Assembly (NCBI GenBank): GCA_016935915.1
Contig: JAFGQB010000034.1
Span: forward strand, 44,869 to 108,868
Length of the DNA stretch: 64,000 nucleotides
Source of the DNA: Spirochaetota bacterium
GTDB lineage: Bacteria; Spirochaetota; GWE2-31-10; JAFGQB01
Reading direction: 5' to 3'
Below, piece after piece: positions 20,476-30,650 of the stretch. The notes under the pieces were generated by a model that did not search any database, had not been told where the DNA came from, and saw only the letters and a program-made list of their open reading frames with translations. Position 1 is the stretch's first letter; each line of letters begins with the position of its first letter. Position numbers and translations under genes: made by a program.

Positions 20476-23400
20476 ATGAAAAAAATAATAATCATTATTA
20501 TTATATTAAATAATTTAATTATTTTATATTCAAATATAAAATTAGAAAATTATAATTTATATCTTCAGGTTCCCTCTTTATCAGAAAACATTAAAGATGA
20601 AACATCAGACAAACCACCATCATTTTCTTTTAGAATCGGCAAAATTGACGGAGATATTAAGATATTAGGGTACTGGAAAATAAAATTGGGATATGCTTTT
20701 GGTTTTACAGTTTATCCTGATGAATTAAAATGGATATTAACATATCCAGGAATAGTAGAAGGCATAATATTTGATCAGTCAAGATTGTTCAGTCTTGACT
20801 GGACTACAACATCAGGAATATATTTTCACCTTTTTTTCAATGACAACGCTGAGGACACCGAATTCACCTTTAAGTATAAACATAATAGGTTTTTTAACAG
20901 CTTATATATAACAAATAAACCTGATGAAATTCAGGTTAATTCATTCAGAGAGTTAAAAGGCGGCAGACCTCAGGATATTAATTTTGGATTTGACTGGGGC
21001 AATCGATTTTATAAAGGACGATTTGATGTCCAATTTGACTCAGTAAAACCAAAAGTGGATAAATTCAAAGGAAATAGTATTGAAATTGACGACAGATTAT
21101 TATCGAATCAATATGAAAGAGGATTATATTATTATCTGCCTGACAAAAATTTAACCAGCAGTGTTGAAGTATATCTGCATGATCCAAAAATAATCACAAT
21201 AGATAATCCTGATCTTATTCTTGATAATGGAAAAAAGTGTATAAAATTGATGGAAAATTATGATTATGTAATAGATTATGCAAATGGTTTTCTTAAGTTA
21301 AGGGAAAGCTCTTATAATAAATTACTGATCATTTTTTATGAAGTGAATGTTAATGGTTCAATTTACAAAGTAGGTTACGGTGATCCATGCGGTATAAATG
21401 GAGTTTATGGTAATATAGATTTTAATGCAACAGATTTTTCTGATTTTAATGATTATTTTACATCAGGTTCAGGTAAGGATTATTTGATTTTATCATTTAT
21501 AAATGAATACTCTGTTTTTGAAGAAAAAAATTCATATAAAATAGCTAATCCTAATTCTAAAATCACACGTTTCAATGCAGACATTTATACAAAAAATAAT
21601 AATAAAGAAACCGGCTTTAAAATAACTTTTGATGAGTTTACAGGCTGTTTAAGAGTTTCTAAAAGCAGTCAAAAAGGTACATTCAATAATATTTATCCTT
21701 TTTATGATTATGTGGACCCTGTTGAATTTTATTCAACATTTTACACTCCTACTAATAATTTAAGTACCCATATGATCGACTTTATATGTTATTTAAGAAA
21801 CAAGGAACTGAAATTAACCAATAAACCGGTTTTTTCCAGTATAAAAGTCTTTTATAATACTTTATTGCTTGATCAGTCAAAATATTATTATGACCAGATC
21901 AGTCAAAGTATTACTGTAAATTTTGATGTTTTAGATTCGGATATCATTGAGGTTTACTACTTAACTGAAGAAGAGGATTCATATAACCTTACTTTTGCTT
22001 TAAAAAATCAGTTCAGGATAAACAAATATCTGATCATCGGAGATTCTCTCTGGTATAAAATGCCTATAAAACTCTGGGAGGACAGCTATTACAATAAAAT
22101 GCATTCAATGGAATTATTATATTTTGTAAATCTAACATCAGATTTTAGTTCCATGTTGACCACTAAAAACTCAAAACTTGGTTTTGATCTGAGCGCAGGT
22201 TTTTCTATGTACCATCCCGAACTAAAGGGAGTGACATTAATCGAAGATTTTGAACAGGATTTAAAAGGGAAAAAACTTGATATGCATTATTCCAACTGGT
22301 ATCCGGTTAACATTCCTCCTGACACAATATTTGCCGATATGACCGGAGCAACAAAAGGAAGAATCTTTTACAGAAATATGCATAAATATGGACAAACAGA
22401 GGGGGTGAGCTTTTTATCAATTTATGACAATGAAGCTCCTGATAGAGATAATTATACAAATGGAGCCAATATTGGTCCTTATTCTTCATCAGACGGTTTT
22501 ACCTATAATTATTATCAAAAAGATTATACAGATAAGACAAACACTTTGTCTTTGATTACCGAATTTGAACTTGATCCGGGTGAAGCAGTTAGCATTGTTA
22601 TACCTGTTAGCAGTATGAATGAATTGATTGATTTCAGTAAATACAATGGTTTGAATATTGCATTAAAAAGGGCAAGCTTAAGCGGTGAAGTAAGGCTTTA
22701 TATTGACGGAGGTAAAGTTTCCGAGGAATACAATACAGGTGATTCTTTAATTCAGGAAGAAACTCTTGATGAAGGCATAAGATATTATATTGATGAAAGC
22801 GGCGGATTTTATATGTATAAGGGTAAAAATGACGGTAGAAAATCAACCAATGACTTTAACGGGAACGGTATTCTGGATGGTGATGATATTTCCCAAATTA
22901 CAAGATTTATTAATACCGAAACTTCTAATTATTATTATGAGATAACAGATAAATATAATAATATAAATTTCTCAATAGAAGATAATCAAAGGTTAAAAAG
23001 TTTAAGAGGCATTAGACTTACCCTTTATTCACCAACAACTTCTTCAGGTGCATCAGGACGTTTTATTATCAACCAGATAAGGTTTATTGAGTCAGGATGG
23101 GATTATGATAAGGTATTGTTAAATTCCGAAGCTGCAGAAATATCGCCTGTTGAAGACGACTATCTATTAGATCATATTTTCTCAGTAAAAAACAGTGAAA
23201 TTGATTCAAAGCTTCATTTTCAGAGATTCAGGGAAAGAACTTTAAGGATCAATTTAATTCAAAATGAAAGATTTTACATTGAAAAGGAATTCAGTTATCC
23301 GATCGATATATCAAATTTTAACAAACTATCAATGTTTATACTTTTAAAGGATGAAACAAGAAGAAGAATAGAAATAAATTTAAAGGATACAGACGGTAAA

Positions 23401-25344
23401 AACATTCAGATAACAAAAAGCCTTGATGATTTAAGCAATAATAGATGGCATAAACTGGATTTTTATTTCAACACATTTGATCATTATTCAAAATGTAATA
23501 AATTGATCAACAAAATAAAAATCCAATTTACCAATGAATCTACTGATACTGCTGATAATGTTATTTATATGGATGAATTCTTTATGGATGAAGCTGTCCC
23601 TTCTTTTGGATTCGGAACAAAAAACAGCTTTAATTATCATGAACCTGAACTGACTGTTTTAAAAAAGGATTTTACAGTATTCAGTTCACCTTATCTGCAA
23701 TGGAACATCTTATTCAATACAAAAAATTTTCTGAAAGAAGAATTGATAAAATCAAAAGATCATGCATTAACTAATGATATAACATTTCATTACACACTAA
23801 CGGAAATTAATTATTTTTTAAATACAAAACTTGATTTTATTTTTAGAGAAGATGGAGTTTATAATTCAGGGGAAGAGCTTACAATAAAATTAAATAGGTT
23901 TAAAAATAAAATATCACCTGTCACTTTTTTAATATTTTATGATTACAGTAAAACAAATATTTTTGATGCCAATTTATATACTGATATAAATAATAAAAAT
24001 GAAGACAGAAAATTAACCTTGGAATCGGGTTCTGATTTTGAAAAAATAAAATTTAATATAGGATATGATATTAATTCCAATAAACGTACATTTATATATA
24101 CCACATCCAGTTTTTATGCCAATTATAATATTAAAATATATGATTTATTTCAAAATACAAATTACAGGATAACAAGCAGTTTATCCGGGAATAATCTGGA
24201 AGGCTTTTTTTCTCTGGACAATTTAGCTTATCTTTTTAAAAACGATTTTATAAAATTTTTTGATCATGGAGAATATAAAGAACAGGAATTAAACCTGAAC
24301 TCAGGCGGTTATTTGATAAAACCTGTTTTTTTTACCCATAACTTTTTAATAAATTTTAAAGGCAATAATATATTTACAAATGATATTTATAATTTTATTT
24401 TAGATTATTACAACAGTATACAATTTAATGTAATACTAAAATATTTGGAAAGAGAGAATAGTTTTTTTATAATAAAATACCAGAGGAACGTAAGCAATAA
24501 TTATTCAAATTATTATAAAACAATATACTGGCAAAATTATTTCAACGAGTTTAACACAATAATCAATAATACAACTCCTGTATTTTTCTTTCCTCCCTTT
24601 TCATCACTTTATAAATCAAATAATAAAACCATATACAGTGATTCAATTAAATATGATTTATTAAAAGACAATATATTTCTAAAGTGGGATTGGTCGATTT
24701 ATTTAAATAATATTTATTTTATCCCTAATTCTTTCTATACTGATATAACTGAAAAATTAACCAATTCAACTTTATATACATCCAGTTACATTTTAAAATT
24801 CGGTATAGAGTCAACAACTGAACTCGGAACAAATTTATTTACTTCTACCGAATTAAATTATTCAACTGAATTTGAGTTGACCTTGGACAATATCTATAAT
24901 ACATATAAAACAGACAACATGATAAATTTTAATTTTAATACGTCAAATAATATAGATTTTGAATCATCATTTATCCATTCACAAATAATTTACGATGGTT
25001 ATGATAGAAAAATTTCTGAACATAATTTTATTTTAATATTTTTAATATATAAAAGTTTTTATAAAAGAAATGTAATTACATATAATCTGTATGGTTTTGA
25101 TATGAGCTATCAGTTGGAAATCAAATCAAACTTCCATATACGATTTGATAATCTGCCGGTGTTTAAAATTGACAACCCCATCGATTTATTATTCACAACA
25201 AGACTTGGGTATAAATTCAATAAAAATTTTTCATTATTCAGTCAGTTGAAATTCGGTTACAGTGTTGATTACAGTCAATTAACACTTGACAGAGTGAACA
25301 GATTCGGAGGAGAAGCATCTTTGGAAGGAATATTTACTTTTTAG
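20476..25344 (+). CDS. Very large putative outer-membrane or surface protein.
   Basis: 1622 aa. N-terminal hydrophobic signal-like segment (KKIIIIIIILNNLIILYS). Tyr/Asn/Phe/Thr-rich, beta-rich composition. The C-terminus ends ...EGIFTF, the aromatic terminal Phe typical of beta-barrel OMPs. Confidence 0.55.
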   Translation: MKKIIIIIIILNNLIILYSNIKLENYNLYLQVPSLSENIKDETSDKPPSFSFRIGKIDGDIKILGYWKIKLGYAFGFTVYPDELKWILTYPGIVEGIIFDQSRLFSLDWTTTSGIYFHLFFNDNAEDTEFTFKYKHNRFFNSLYITNKPDEIQVNSFRELKGGRPQDINFGFDWGNRFYKGRFDVQFDSVKPKVDKFKGNSIEIDDRLLSNQYERGLYYYLPDKNLTSSVEVYLHDPKIITIDNPDLILDNGKKCIKLMENYDYVIDYANGFLKLRESSYNKLLIIFYEVNVNGSIYKVGYGDPCGINGVYGNIDFNATDFSDFNDYFTSGSGKDYLILSFINEYSVFEEKNSYKIANPNSKITRFNADIYTKNNNKETGFKITFDEFTGCLRVSKSSQKGTFNNIYPFYDYVDPVEFYSTFYTPTNNLSTHMIDFICYLRNKELKLTNKPVFSSIKVFYNTLLLDQSKYYYDQISQSITVNFDVLDSDIIEVYYLTEEEDSYNLTFALKNQFRINKYLIIGDSLWYKMPIKLWEDSYYNKMHSMELLYFVNLTSDFSSMLTTKNSKLGFDLSAGFSMYHPELKGVTLIEDFEQDLKGKKLDMHYSNWYPVNIPPDTIFADMTGATKGRIFYRNMHKYGQTEGVSFLSIYDNEAPDRDNYTNGANIGPYSSSDGFTYNYYQKDYTDKTNTLSLITEFELDPGEAVSIVIPVSSMNELIDFSKYNGLNIALKRASLSGEVRLYIDGGKVSEEYNTGDSLIQEETLDEGIRYYIDESGGFYMYKGKNDGRKSTNDFNGNGILDGDDISQITRFINTETSNYYYEITDKYNNINFSIEDNQRLKSLRGIRLTLYSPTTSSGASGRFIINQIRFIESGWDYDKVLLNSEAAEISPVEDDYLLDHIFSVKNSEIDSKLHFQRFRERTLRINLIQNERFYIEKEFSYPIDISNFNKLSMFILLKDETRRRIEINLKDTDGKNIQITKSLDDLSNNRWHKLDFYFNTFDHYSKCNKLINKIKIQFTNESTDTADNVIYMDEFFMDEAVPSFGFGTKNSFNYHEPELTVLKKDFTVFSSPYLQWNILFNTKNFLKEELIKSKDHALTNDITFHYTLTEINYFLNTKLDFIFREDGVYNSGEELTIKLNRFKNKISPVTFLIFYDYSKTNIFDANLYTDINNKNEDRKLTLESGSDFEKIKFNIGYDINSNKRTFIYTTSSFYANYNIKIYDLFQNTNYRITSSLSGNNLEGFFSLDNLAYLFKNDFIKFFDHGEYKEQELNLNSGGYLIKPVFFTHNFLINFKGNNIFTNDIYNFILDYYNSIQFNVILKYLERENSFFIIKYQRNVSNNYSNYYKTIYWQNYFNEFNTIINNTTPVFFFPPFSSLYKSNNKTIYSDSIKYDLLKDNIFLKWDWSIYLNNIYFIPNSFYTDITEKLTNSTLYTSSYILKFGIESTTELGTNLFTSTELNYSTEFELTLDNIYNTYKTDNMINFNFNTSNNIDFESSFIHSQIIYDGYDRKISEHNFILIFLIYKSFYKRNVITYNLYGFDMSYQLEIKSNFHIRFDNLPVFKIDNPIDLLFTTRLGYKFNKNFSLFSQLKFGYSVDYSQLTLDRVNRFGGEASLEGIFTF

Positions 25345-25398
25345 TTTTTTCACAGTCTGCTTGCGCTCTGTAAAAAAGTACTTTAGAAGGAGTTATAA

Positions 25399-26415
25399 AT
25401 GAGTAATAATAAAATAACATTAGCATACGGAAATGGCGGAAAATTTACTTCAGAATTAATAAATGATGTTTTTAAAAAAATTTTTGATAATAATATATTA
25501 AATCAGCTTAATGATTCTGCAGTACTAAATATTCAAGATAAAAAAATAGCCTTTACCACAGATTCATATACCATTAAGCCTGTTTTTTTTAAAGGCGGTG
25601 ATATTGGTAAATTAGCTGTATGCGGAACTGTCAACGATTTAATTGTAAGCGGTGCCAAACCCCTTTATATAAGTTCAAGTTTTATAATTGAAGAAGGTTA
25701 TGATTTTGAAGATTTATCAAAAATTGTAAGATCAATGAAAACTGCAGCCGATCAATCAAATGTATCAATAGTGACTGGAGATACAAAAGTTGTTGAAAAA
25801 GGATCAGTTGACTCTATATTTATAAATACCTCAGGTATTGGTATAATTAATGATGATATAAAATTGAATCTATCATATATTAATGAAAATGATGTTGTCA
25901 TAATAAATGGAGATATTGGTGATCATGGTGTATCTATACTATTATCACGAGAAGATTTCCCGATAACAAGCAGTGTTACAAGTGACTGTGATTCATTGTT
26001 ACAAATTTATGACGCAATGCATGAATTCATAAAAAATCATGAGATCAAAATCATGCGGGATCCGACAAGAGGAGGTATTGCGACAACATTAAACGAATTC
26101 GTTGAAGGTAGTGATTTTTCATTCATTATTGATGAAAAAAGTCTGCCGATTAAAAATGAAGTAAAAGCAATATGTGAAATGACAGGTTTTGATCCTTTAT
26201 ATATGGCAAATGAAGGAAAAATTTTAATAGTAATTTCAAGAAGGTCCAGTGAAAAGCTGTTAAAAAAATTAAAAAACACCAATATAGGCAAAAATTCAAG
26301 AATAATAGGAAAGGCAACTAAAAAAGAAAAAGGAAAAGTAATATTAAATACTCAAATTGGAGGATATAGAATACTTGATAAATTGACCGGCAATATGCTG
26401 CCAAGAATTTGTTGA
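25399..26415 (+). CDS. hypE: Hydrogenase maturation carbamoyl dehydratase HypE (PurM/AIR-synthase-related fold).
   Basis: 338 aa. N-terminus ITLAYGNGGKFTSELI matches the HypE ITLAHGSGGK motif. The C-terminus ends ...PRIC, the conserved HypE Cys-terminal motif. RBS AAGGAG. Confidence 0.8.
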   Translation: MSNNKITLAYGNGGKFTSELINDVFKKIFDNNILNQLNDSAVLNIQDKKIAFTTDSYTIKPVFFKGGDIGKLAVCGTVNDLIVSGAKPLYISSSFIIEEGYDFEDLSKIVRSMKTAADQSNVSIVTGDTKVVEKGSVDSIFINTSGIGIINDDIKLNLSYINENDVVIINGDIGDHGVSILLSREDFPITSSVTSDCDSLLQIYDAMHEFIKNHEIKIMRDPTRGGIATTLNEFVEGSDFSFIIDEKSLPIKNEVKAICEMTGFDPLYMANEGKILIVISRRSSEKLLKKLKNTNIGKNSRIIGKATKKEKGKVILNTQIGGYRILDKLTGNMLPRIC

Positions 26416-26536
26416 TTGATAATTTTTTATTTTTAAATTTATATTCATAAATAAATATAAAAAAATAAATTTTTTAAAAAATAATATGCTAAAATCAATT
26501 TAATGCTTATAATATTAATTTTTAGGGTAATCTGGA

Positions 26537-27355
26537 ATGTTTGATAAATTGAAAGATCATGAATTTAAAATATTCAGGGATATTATTTATAATGAATCAT
26601 GGATTAATTTTACACCAACCAATAAGCCTATATTGGAGATAAGATTAAAAGAAAGATTAAAAAAACTTAATATAGAAAAGCTTGAAATTTATCATAAATT
26701 AATATTAAACGATAAAGATGAATTAAAAAATCTGATAGATTCTGTTACAACAAATTTAACAAATTTTTTCAGATATAAAGTTCATTTTGAGACACTTGAA
26801 AATCATGTCCTACCTGATTTAAAAGAAAAAAAAAATAAAACAAAATTTATCAGGATATGGAGTGCTGGCTGTTCAACCGGTGAAGAAGCATATTCAATAG
26901 CAATGGTGGTAAAAGATTTTTTTGATAGTTCATGGAAAATTGAAATCCTTGCCAGTGACATTTCTTTCAATGTATTGATAAAAGCCAAAGAAGGTTTTTA
27001 TTCAAAGGAAAAAACCGAAGAGATCCCTAAAAAATATCTTGAAAAGTATATGATACAAATCAGCAATGGTTACTACGTAAAAGACTCTATTAAAGAGTTG
27101 ATCCAGTTTGACTATCATAATATCATGAATGAACCTACAAAAAAAGAGTTTGATATAATTTTCTGTAGAAATGTAATTATATACTTTGATGCACAAGCTC
27201 AGCAGGAAGTTGTGGATCTTTTTTACAATACAATGAATAAATTCGGATATTTTTTTATAGGTCATTCAGAGTCTCTTTTTGGGATGAAAACTAAATTTAT
27301 TTTTAAAAAATTAGGCAATGCATGTATTTATATAAAAAATGAGGGATTAACATGA
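26537..27355 (+). CDS. cheR: Chemotaxis protein methyltransferase.
   Basis: 272 aa. SAM-binding block IWSAGCSTGEEAYSIAM. FFR motif. Overlaps cheB by 4 nt. Confidence 0.9.
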   Translation: MFDKLKDHEFKIFRDIIYNESWINFTPTNKPILEIRLKERLKKLNIEKLEIYHKLILNDKDELKNLIDSVTTNLTNFFRYKVHFETLENHVLPDLKEKKNKTKFIRIWSAGCSTGEEAYSIAMVVKDFFDSSWKIEILASDISFNVLIKAKEGFYSKEKTEEIPKKYLEKYMIQISNGYYVKDSIKELIQFDYHNIMNEPTKKEFDIIFCRNVIIYFDAQAQQEVVDLFYNTMNKFGYFFIGHSESLFGMKTKFIFKKLGNACIYIKNEGLT

Positions 27356-28461
27356 AAAATAATCCCATAAGAGTTTTGATAATAGATGATTCTGCATTTA
27401 TGAGAAATGTTATCTCAAAAGCCCTGAACAACCATGAAAAAATAGAAGTCGCAGCAACTGCTTTGAACGGCAAATTTGGTCTGGAAAAATTAAAGAGACT
27501 TAATCCCGATCTGATTATTCTGGATCTTGAAATGCCTGATATGAATGGAATTGACTTTTTGAAAGAAAAAAATAAATTAGATAATAAAATACCAGTTATA
27601 ATATTATCATCTCATGCTGTAAAAGGGGCAAAGATAACAATGGAAGCCTTGTCTTTAGGTGCATCTGATTTTATATTAAAACCAAATATTGCACAATCTG
27701 ATTTAAATCTAACTTTAAATAAACTAACTGAGATGGTTTTAGCTTTGGCAAAGCCCGGAAACTATCCAACAGACAGACTAAAGAATAAGATAAGTTATCC
27801 TGATGATTTTAACAAAGAAATCCAAATAGCAGAAGAGTTTGACTATAAAAATTTTTTACAGCCTGTTCATTCAATACCTGAAATTAATATAATTTCAATT
27901 GGAATTTCAACCGGCGGACCAAATGCTTTACGTATAATGCTTCCATATTTTCCGGAAAACTTCCCAGTTCCAATTGTCATCGTACAGCATATGCCTCCTG
28001 GGTTTACTTATGAATTTGCTGAAAACTTGAATAAAATATGCAAAATGCATGTAAAAGAAGCAGAAAATAATGATATACTGTCCGCAGGAAGAATTTTTAT
28101 CGCTCCCGGCGATAAACATGTCAAATTCGTTAAAAAAAAATTAGCCAATGTAATAGAACTGGATGATTCACCTCCAATTAATAGTCATAAACCGTCAGTT
28201 GACAAATTGTTTGAAACAACATCAGAAATTTTCGGTAAAAACTCAATCGGCTGTATAATGACAGGAATGGGAAAGGATGGAGCGGATAATATAGGTTTAA
28301 TATTATCAAAAGGTGGAATAACAATTGCACAGGACGAGGGGTCTTCCATAGTTTTTGGAATGCCGAAAATTGCAATTAAAAATAAAAATATTAACATTGT
28401 TAAACCGCTTGATCAAATCGCACAAACCATAATCAATATAGTACTCAACAAAGAAATATAA
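27352..28461 (+). CDS. cheB: Protein-glutamate methylesterase with an N-terminal receiver domain.
   Basis: 369 aa. REC (VLIIDDSAFMR, LIILDLEMPDMNG). Methylesterase motifs GISTGGPNAL, IVQHMPPGFT and GMGKDGA. Confidence 0.9.
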   Translation: MKNNPIRVLIIDDSAFMRNVISKALNNHEKIEVAATALNGKFGLEKLKRLNPDLIILDLEMPDMNGIDFLKEKNKLDNKIPVIILSSHAVKGAKITMEALSLGASDFILKPNIAQSDLNLTLNKLTEMVLALAKPGNYPTDRLKNKISYPDDFNKEIQIAEEFDYKNFLQPVHSIPEINIISIGISTGGPNALRIMLPYFPENFPVPIVIVQHMPPGFTYEFAENLNKICKMHVKEAENNDILSAGRIFIAPGDKHVKFVKKKLANVIELDDSPPINSHKPSVDKLFETTSEIFGKNSIGCIMTGMGKDGADNIGLILSKGGITIAQDEGSSIVFGMPKIAIKNKNINIVKPLDQIAQTIINIVLNKEI

Positions 28462-28468
28462 AATATAG

Positions 28469-28507
28469 TTAATTGATAATTTGTATCAATTACTTCGTTT
28501 TTTTTTG
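28469..28507 (+). terminator. Rho-independent terminator after cheB.
   Basis: 9-bp stem TAATTGATA/TATCAATTA with an ATTTG loop, followed by a 10-nt T run. Confidence 0.6.
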
Positions 28508-28582
28508 CACTAAAGAGAAACCGGAAAAAAATGTTTTTAAACCTGATGGTATACTTGTATTTATTGAATTGATATTCACATT

Positions 28583-29593
28583 TTAATATTCATCAATCTT
28601 GATTCTGTAATTTGGATTTATATTAAAGTAATCTATTCTTGCCTGAATCTCTTCTTCTCTGTCAGTGTTTTTACTAAAAATCTTTGCTAAATTGAAATAA
28701 TGATTTTTTATTGTACTCTGATTTTCCAATAAATAAATATAACCTATATAATAAAAAATCTCATCCATAATATAATCTTTTGATTCAAATTCATATAATC
28801 TTTTTTTTGATATATAGTTTATAAAATCTGTAGGATTTGAATATTGAAATTCATAATGATACTTCTTAATTATATTTGAATAATAGGTCATCCAGACAAT
28901 TGCCGCATTGACAAGATAATATAAAGATTCTTCCTTTCTCTGCAAAATTGCATTTCTTTTGCCGATTTTGTACAATGCTTCCAAATATTCAATTCCGTCA
29001 ATTCTGTAAATTTTAAAAACTAAATTTAATGATGCATCATTCTTAATATTGTATTTAATTCTGCTCCAGAATTCATCATTTTTTTTCATAAAATACTCAT
29101 CGACAATCTCAGAATAAATTATTTCAGCAAGTTCAAATTCTTTTTTAATTGTATAAACATTTGCCAATTTATATTTAATTTCCAATTCTTTTTGGCTGTA
29201 TTCAAAAAACTTTTTCTGAGATAAAGATTTTTTATATTCTTCTATTCCCTGATCAAGCATATTTGTTTTAATGTATATATCTGCCATTATTTCATGAAAT
29301 TGCGGAAAGTTGTCATTGTCAACTAATTCTGCTTCTTTTTTATTAACCATAACAATCAATTCATATTCAATCTTATTTTTGTATTGCATTCTGATATCTT
29401 CATAATATTCTTTTAATTTCTCATTGATAAAAGCTTTTTTTGCTTTTCTGGCTTCAATTACAGCCTGAGAATAATTGCCCTGTTCAGTATAATTTTCAGC
29501 TCTTTTCAGATAGATCCAGCTTGGTTCATAGACTTCTTTTGAAAAAAGAAAAAAAATATTGAATAAAAACAATAGAACTAATCTAATTCTCAT
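28583..29593 (-). CDS. Secreted TPR-like repeat protein.
   Basis: 336 aa. N-terminal signal-like segment RLVLLFLFNIFFLFS. Helical repeat composition with Tyr/Ala/Glu-rich pairs. Its start overlaps the ispG stop by 11 nt. Confidence 0.45.
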   Translation of the reverse strand: MRIRLVLLFLFNIFFLFSKEVYEPSWIYLKRAENYTEQGNYSQAVIEARKAKKAFINEKLKEYYEDIRMQYKNKIEYELIVMVNKKEAELVDNDNFPQFHEIMADIYIKTNMLDQGIEEYKKSLSQKKFFEYSQKELEIKYKLANVYTIKKEFELAEIIYSEIVDEYFMKKNDEFWSRIKYNIKNDASLNLVFKIYRIDGIEYLEALYKIGKRNAILQRKEESLYYLVNAAIVWMTYYSNIIKKYHYEFQYSNPTDFINYISKKRLYEFESKDYIMDEIFYYIGYIYLLENQSTIKNHYFNLAKIFSKNTDREEEIQARIDYFNINPNYRIKIDEY

Positions 29594-30638
29594 AATAATC
29601 TTTAAGTATTATTAATAATTCGTCTAAAATTCGATTATTATTAATTATTTTAATTTTTTTACCTTTTTTAAAAATAATTGATTTACCTTTTCCGCAGGCG
29701 ACACCAAAATCAGCATGCATTGCTTCACCAGGTCCATTGACTATGCATCCCATTACTGCTATTTTTACGCTTTTTTTTAATTTAATATCTTTTATCCTAT
29801 CTTTTATATCTTTTACTATATTTTCAATGTTTATTTCTGTTCTACTGCATGTAGGACAGCTGATTATTTCCAAAAGAGATTTACGTTTACCTGTTGATTC
29901 CAATATTTTCTTTGCAACTATGATTTCATTTTCTTCATTTGATGTCAAACTTACCCTTATGGTATCACCAATACCATTTAATAAAAGATATGATAATGCA
30001 ATAGAGTTTTTAATAGTGCCGTCAGTTATATCCCCTGCTTCTGTTGCACCTATATGAAGGGGATATTGAAATTCTTTTTTTGCAATCTGATTGATTTTTA
30101 TTGTTTCAATGACATTTGAAGATTTGAAAGACAGAACAATTTTGTCAAAATTATATTTTTCAAAAAACTTTAATTCTTCTCTTGCTGATTCAATCATAAT
30201 TTTCAAATTATCATTTCCATACTGTTTTATTAAATGTTTTGGCAAAGATCCGGAATTAATTCCTATTCTCACTGGTATATCATTGGTTTTAACACATTCA
30301 ATAATCTCTTTGATCTTTTTCTCATCTTGTATATTGCCAGGATTGATTCTGATTTTGCTTACTCCTGCATCAACTGCCATAATAGCGAGTTTATGATCAA
30401 AATGAATATCTGCAATTATTGGAATTACTGATTTTTTTACAATTAATTTTAAGAATTTAATCGAATTAGCGTCAGGTACTGCGACCCTGATCAAATCACA
30501 GCCTGAATTTGATAAATATTCAATCTTTTTTATGATTTTATCAACTTGATTAATAGGATTTTTTATCATTGTCTGGATTGGTATATAATCAGAACCAATT
30601 TTAACATTACCGACATTTATTATCATTTTAAATTTCAC
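29583..30638 (-). CDS. ispG: 4-hydroxy-3-methylbut-2-enyl diphosphate synthase.
   Basis: 351 aa. VRVAVPD block. Fe-S ligands ISCPTCSRTEI and MGCIVNGPGE. Confidence 0.9.
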   Translation of the reverse strand: MKFKMIINVGNVKIGSDYIPIQTMIKNPINQVDKIIKKIEYLSNSGCDLIRVAVPDANSIKFLKLIVKKSVIPIIADIHFDHKLAIMAVDAGVSKIRINPGNIQDEKKIKEIIECVKTNDIPVRIGINSGSLPKHLIKQYGNDNLKIMIESAREELKFFEKYNFDKIVLSFKSSNVIETIKINQIAKKEFQYPLHIGATEAGDITDGTIKNSIALSYLLLNGIGDTIRVSLTSNEENEIIVAKKILESTGKRKSLLEIISCPTCSRTEINIENIVKDIKDRIKDIKLKKSVKIAVMGCIVNGPGEAMHADFGVACGKGKSIIFKKGKKIKIINNNRILDELLIILKDYYEN

Positions 30639-30650
30639 TTAATAAAATAA

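Noticed and set aside
25345-25398. Relatively GC-rich patch cacagtctgcttgcgctctgt after the giant OMP gene, as a possible terminator.
   Set aside because: Only a 4-bp stem (ACAG/CTGT) can be drawn and the T run is weak. It may simply be the 3' UTR preceding the hypE RBS AAGGAG.
25399-26415. Alternative identity for the HypE-like gene as PurM, ThiL or SelD.
   Set aside because: The N-terminal ITLAYGNGGK block and especially the terminal PRIC tetrapeptide are specific to HypE. SelD would have an N-terminal Cys or Sec and Lys motif, and ThiL and PurM lack the C-terminal Cys.
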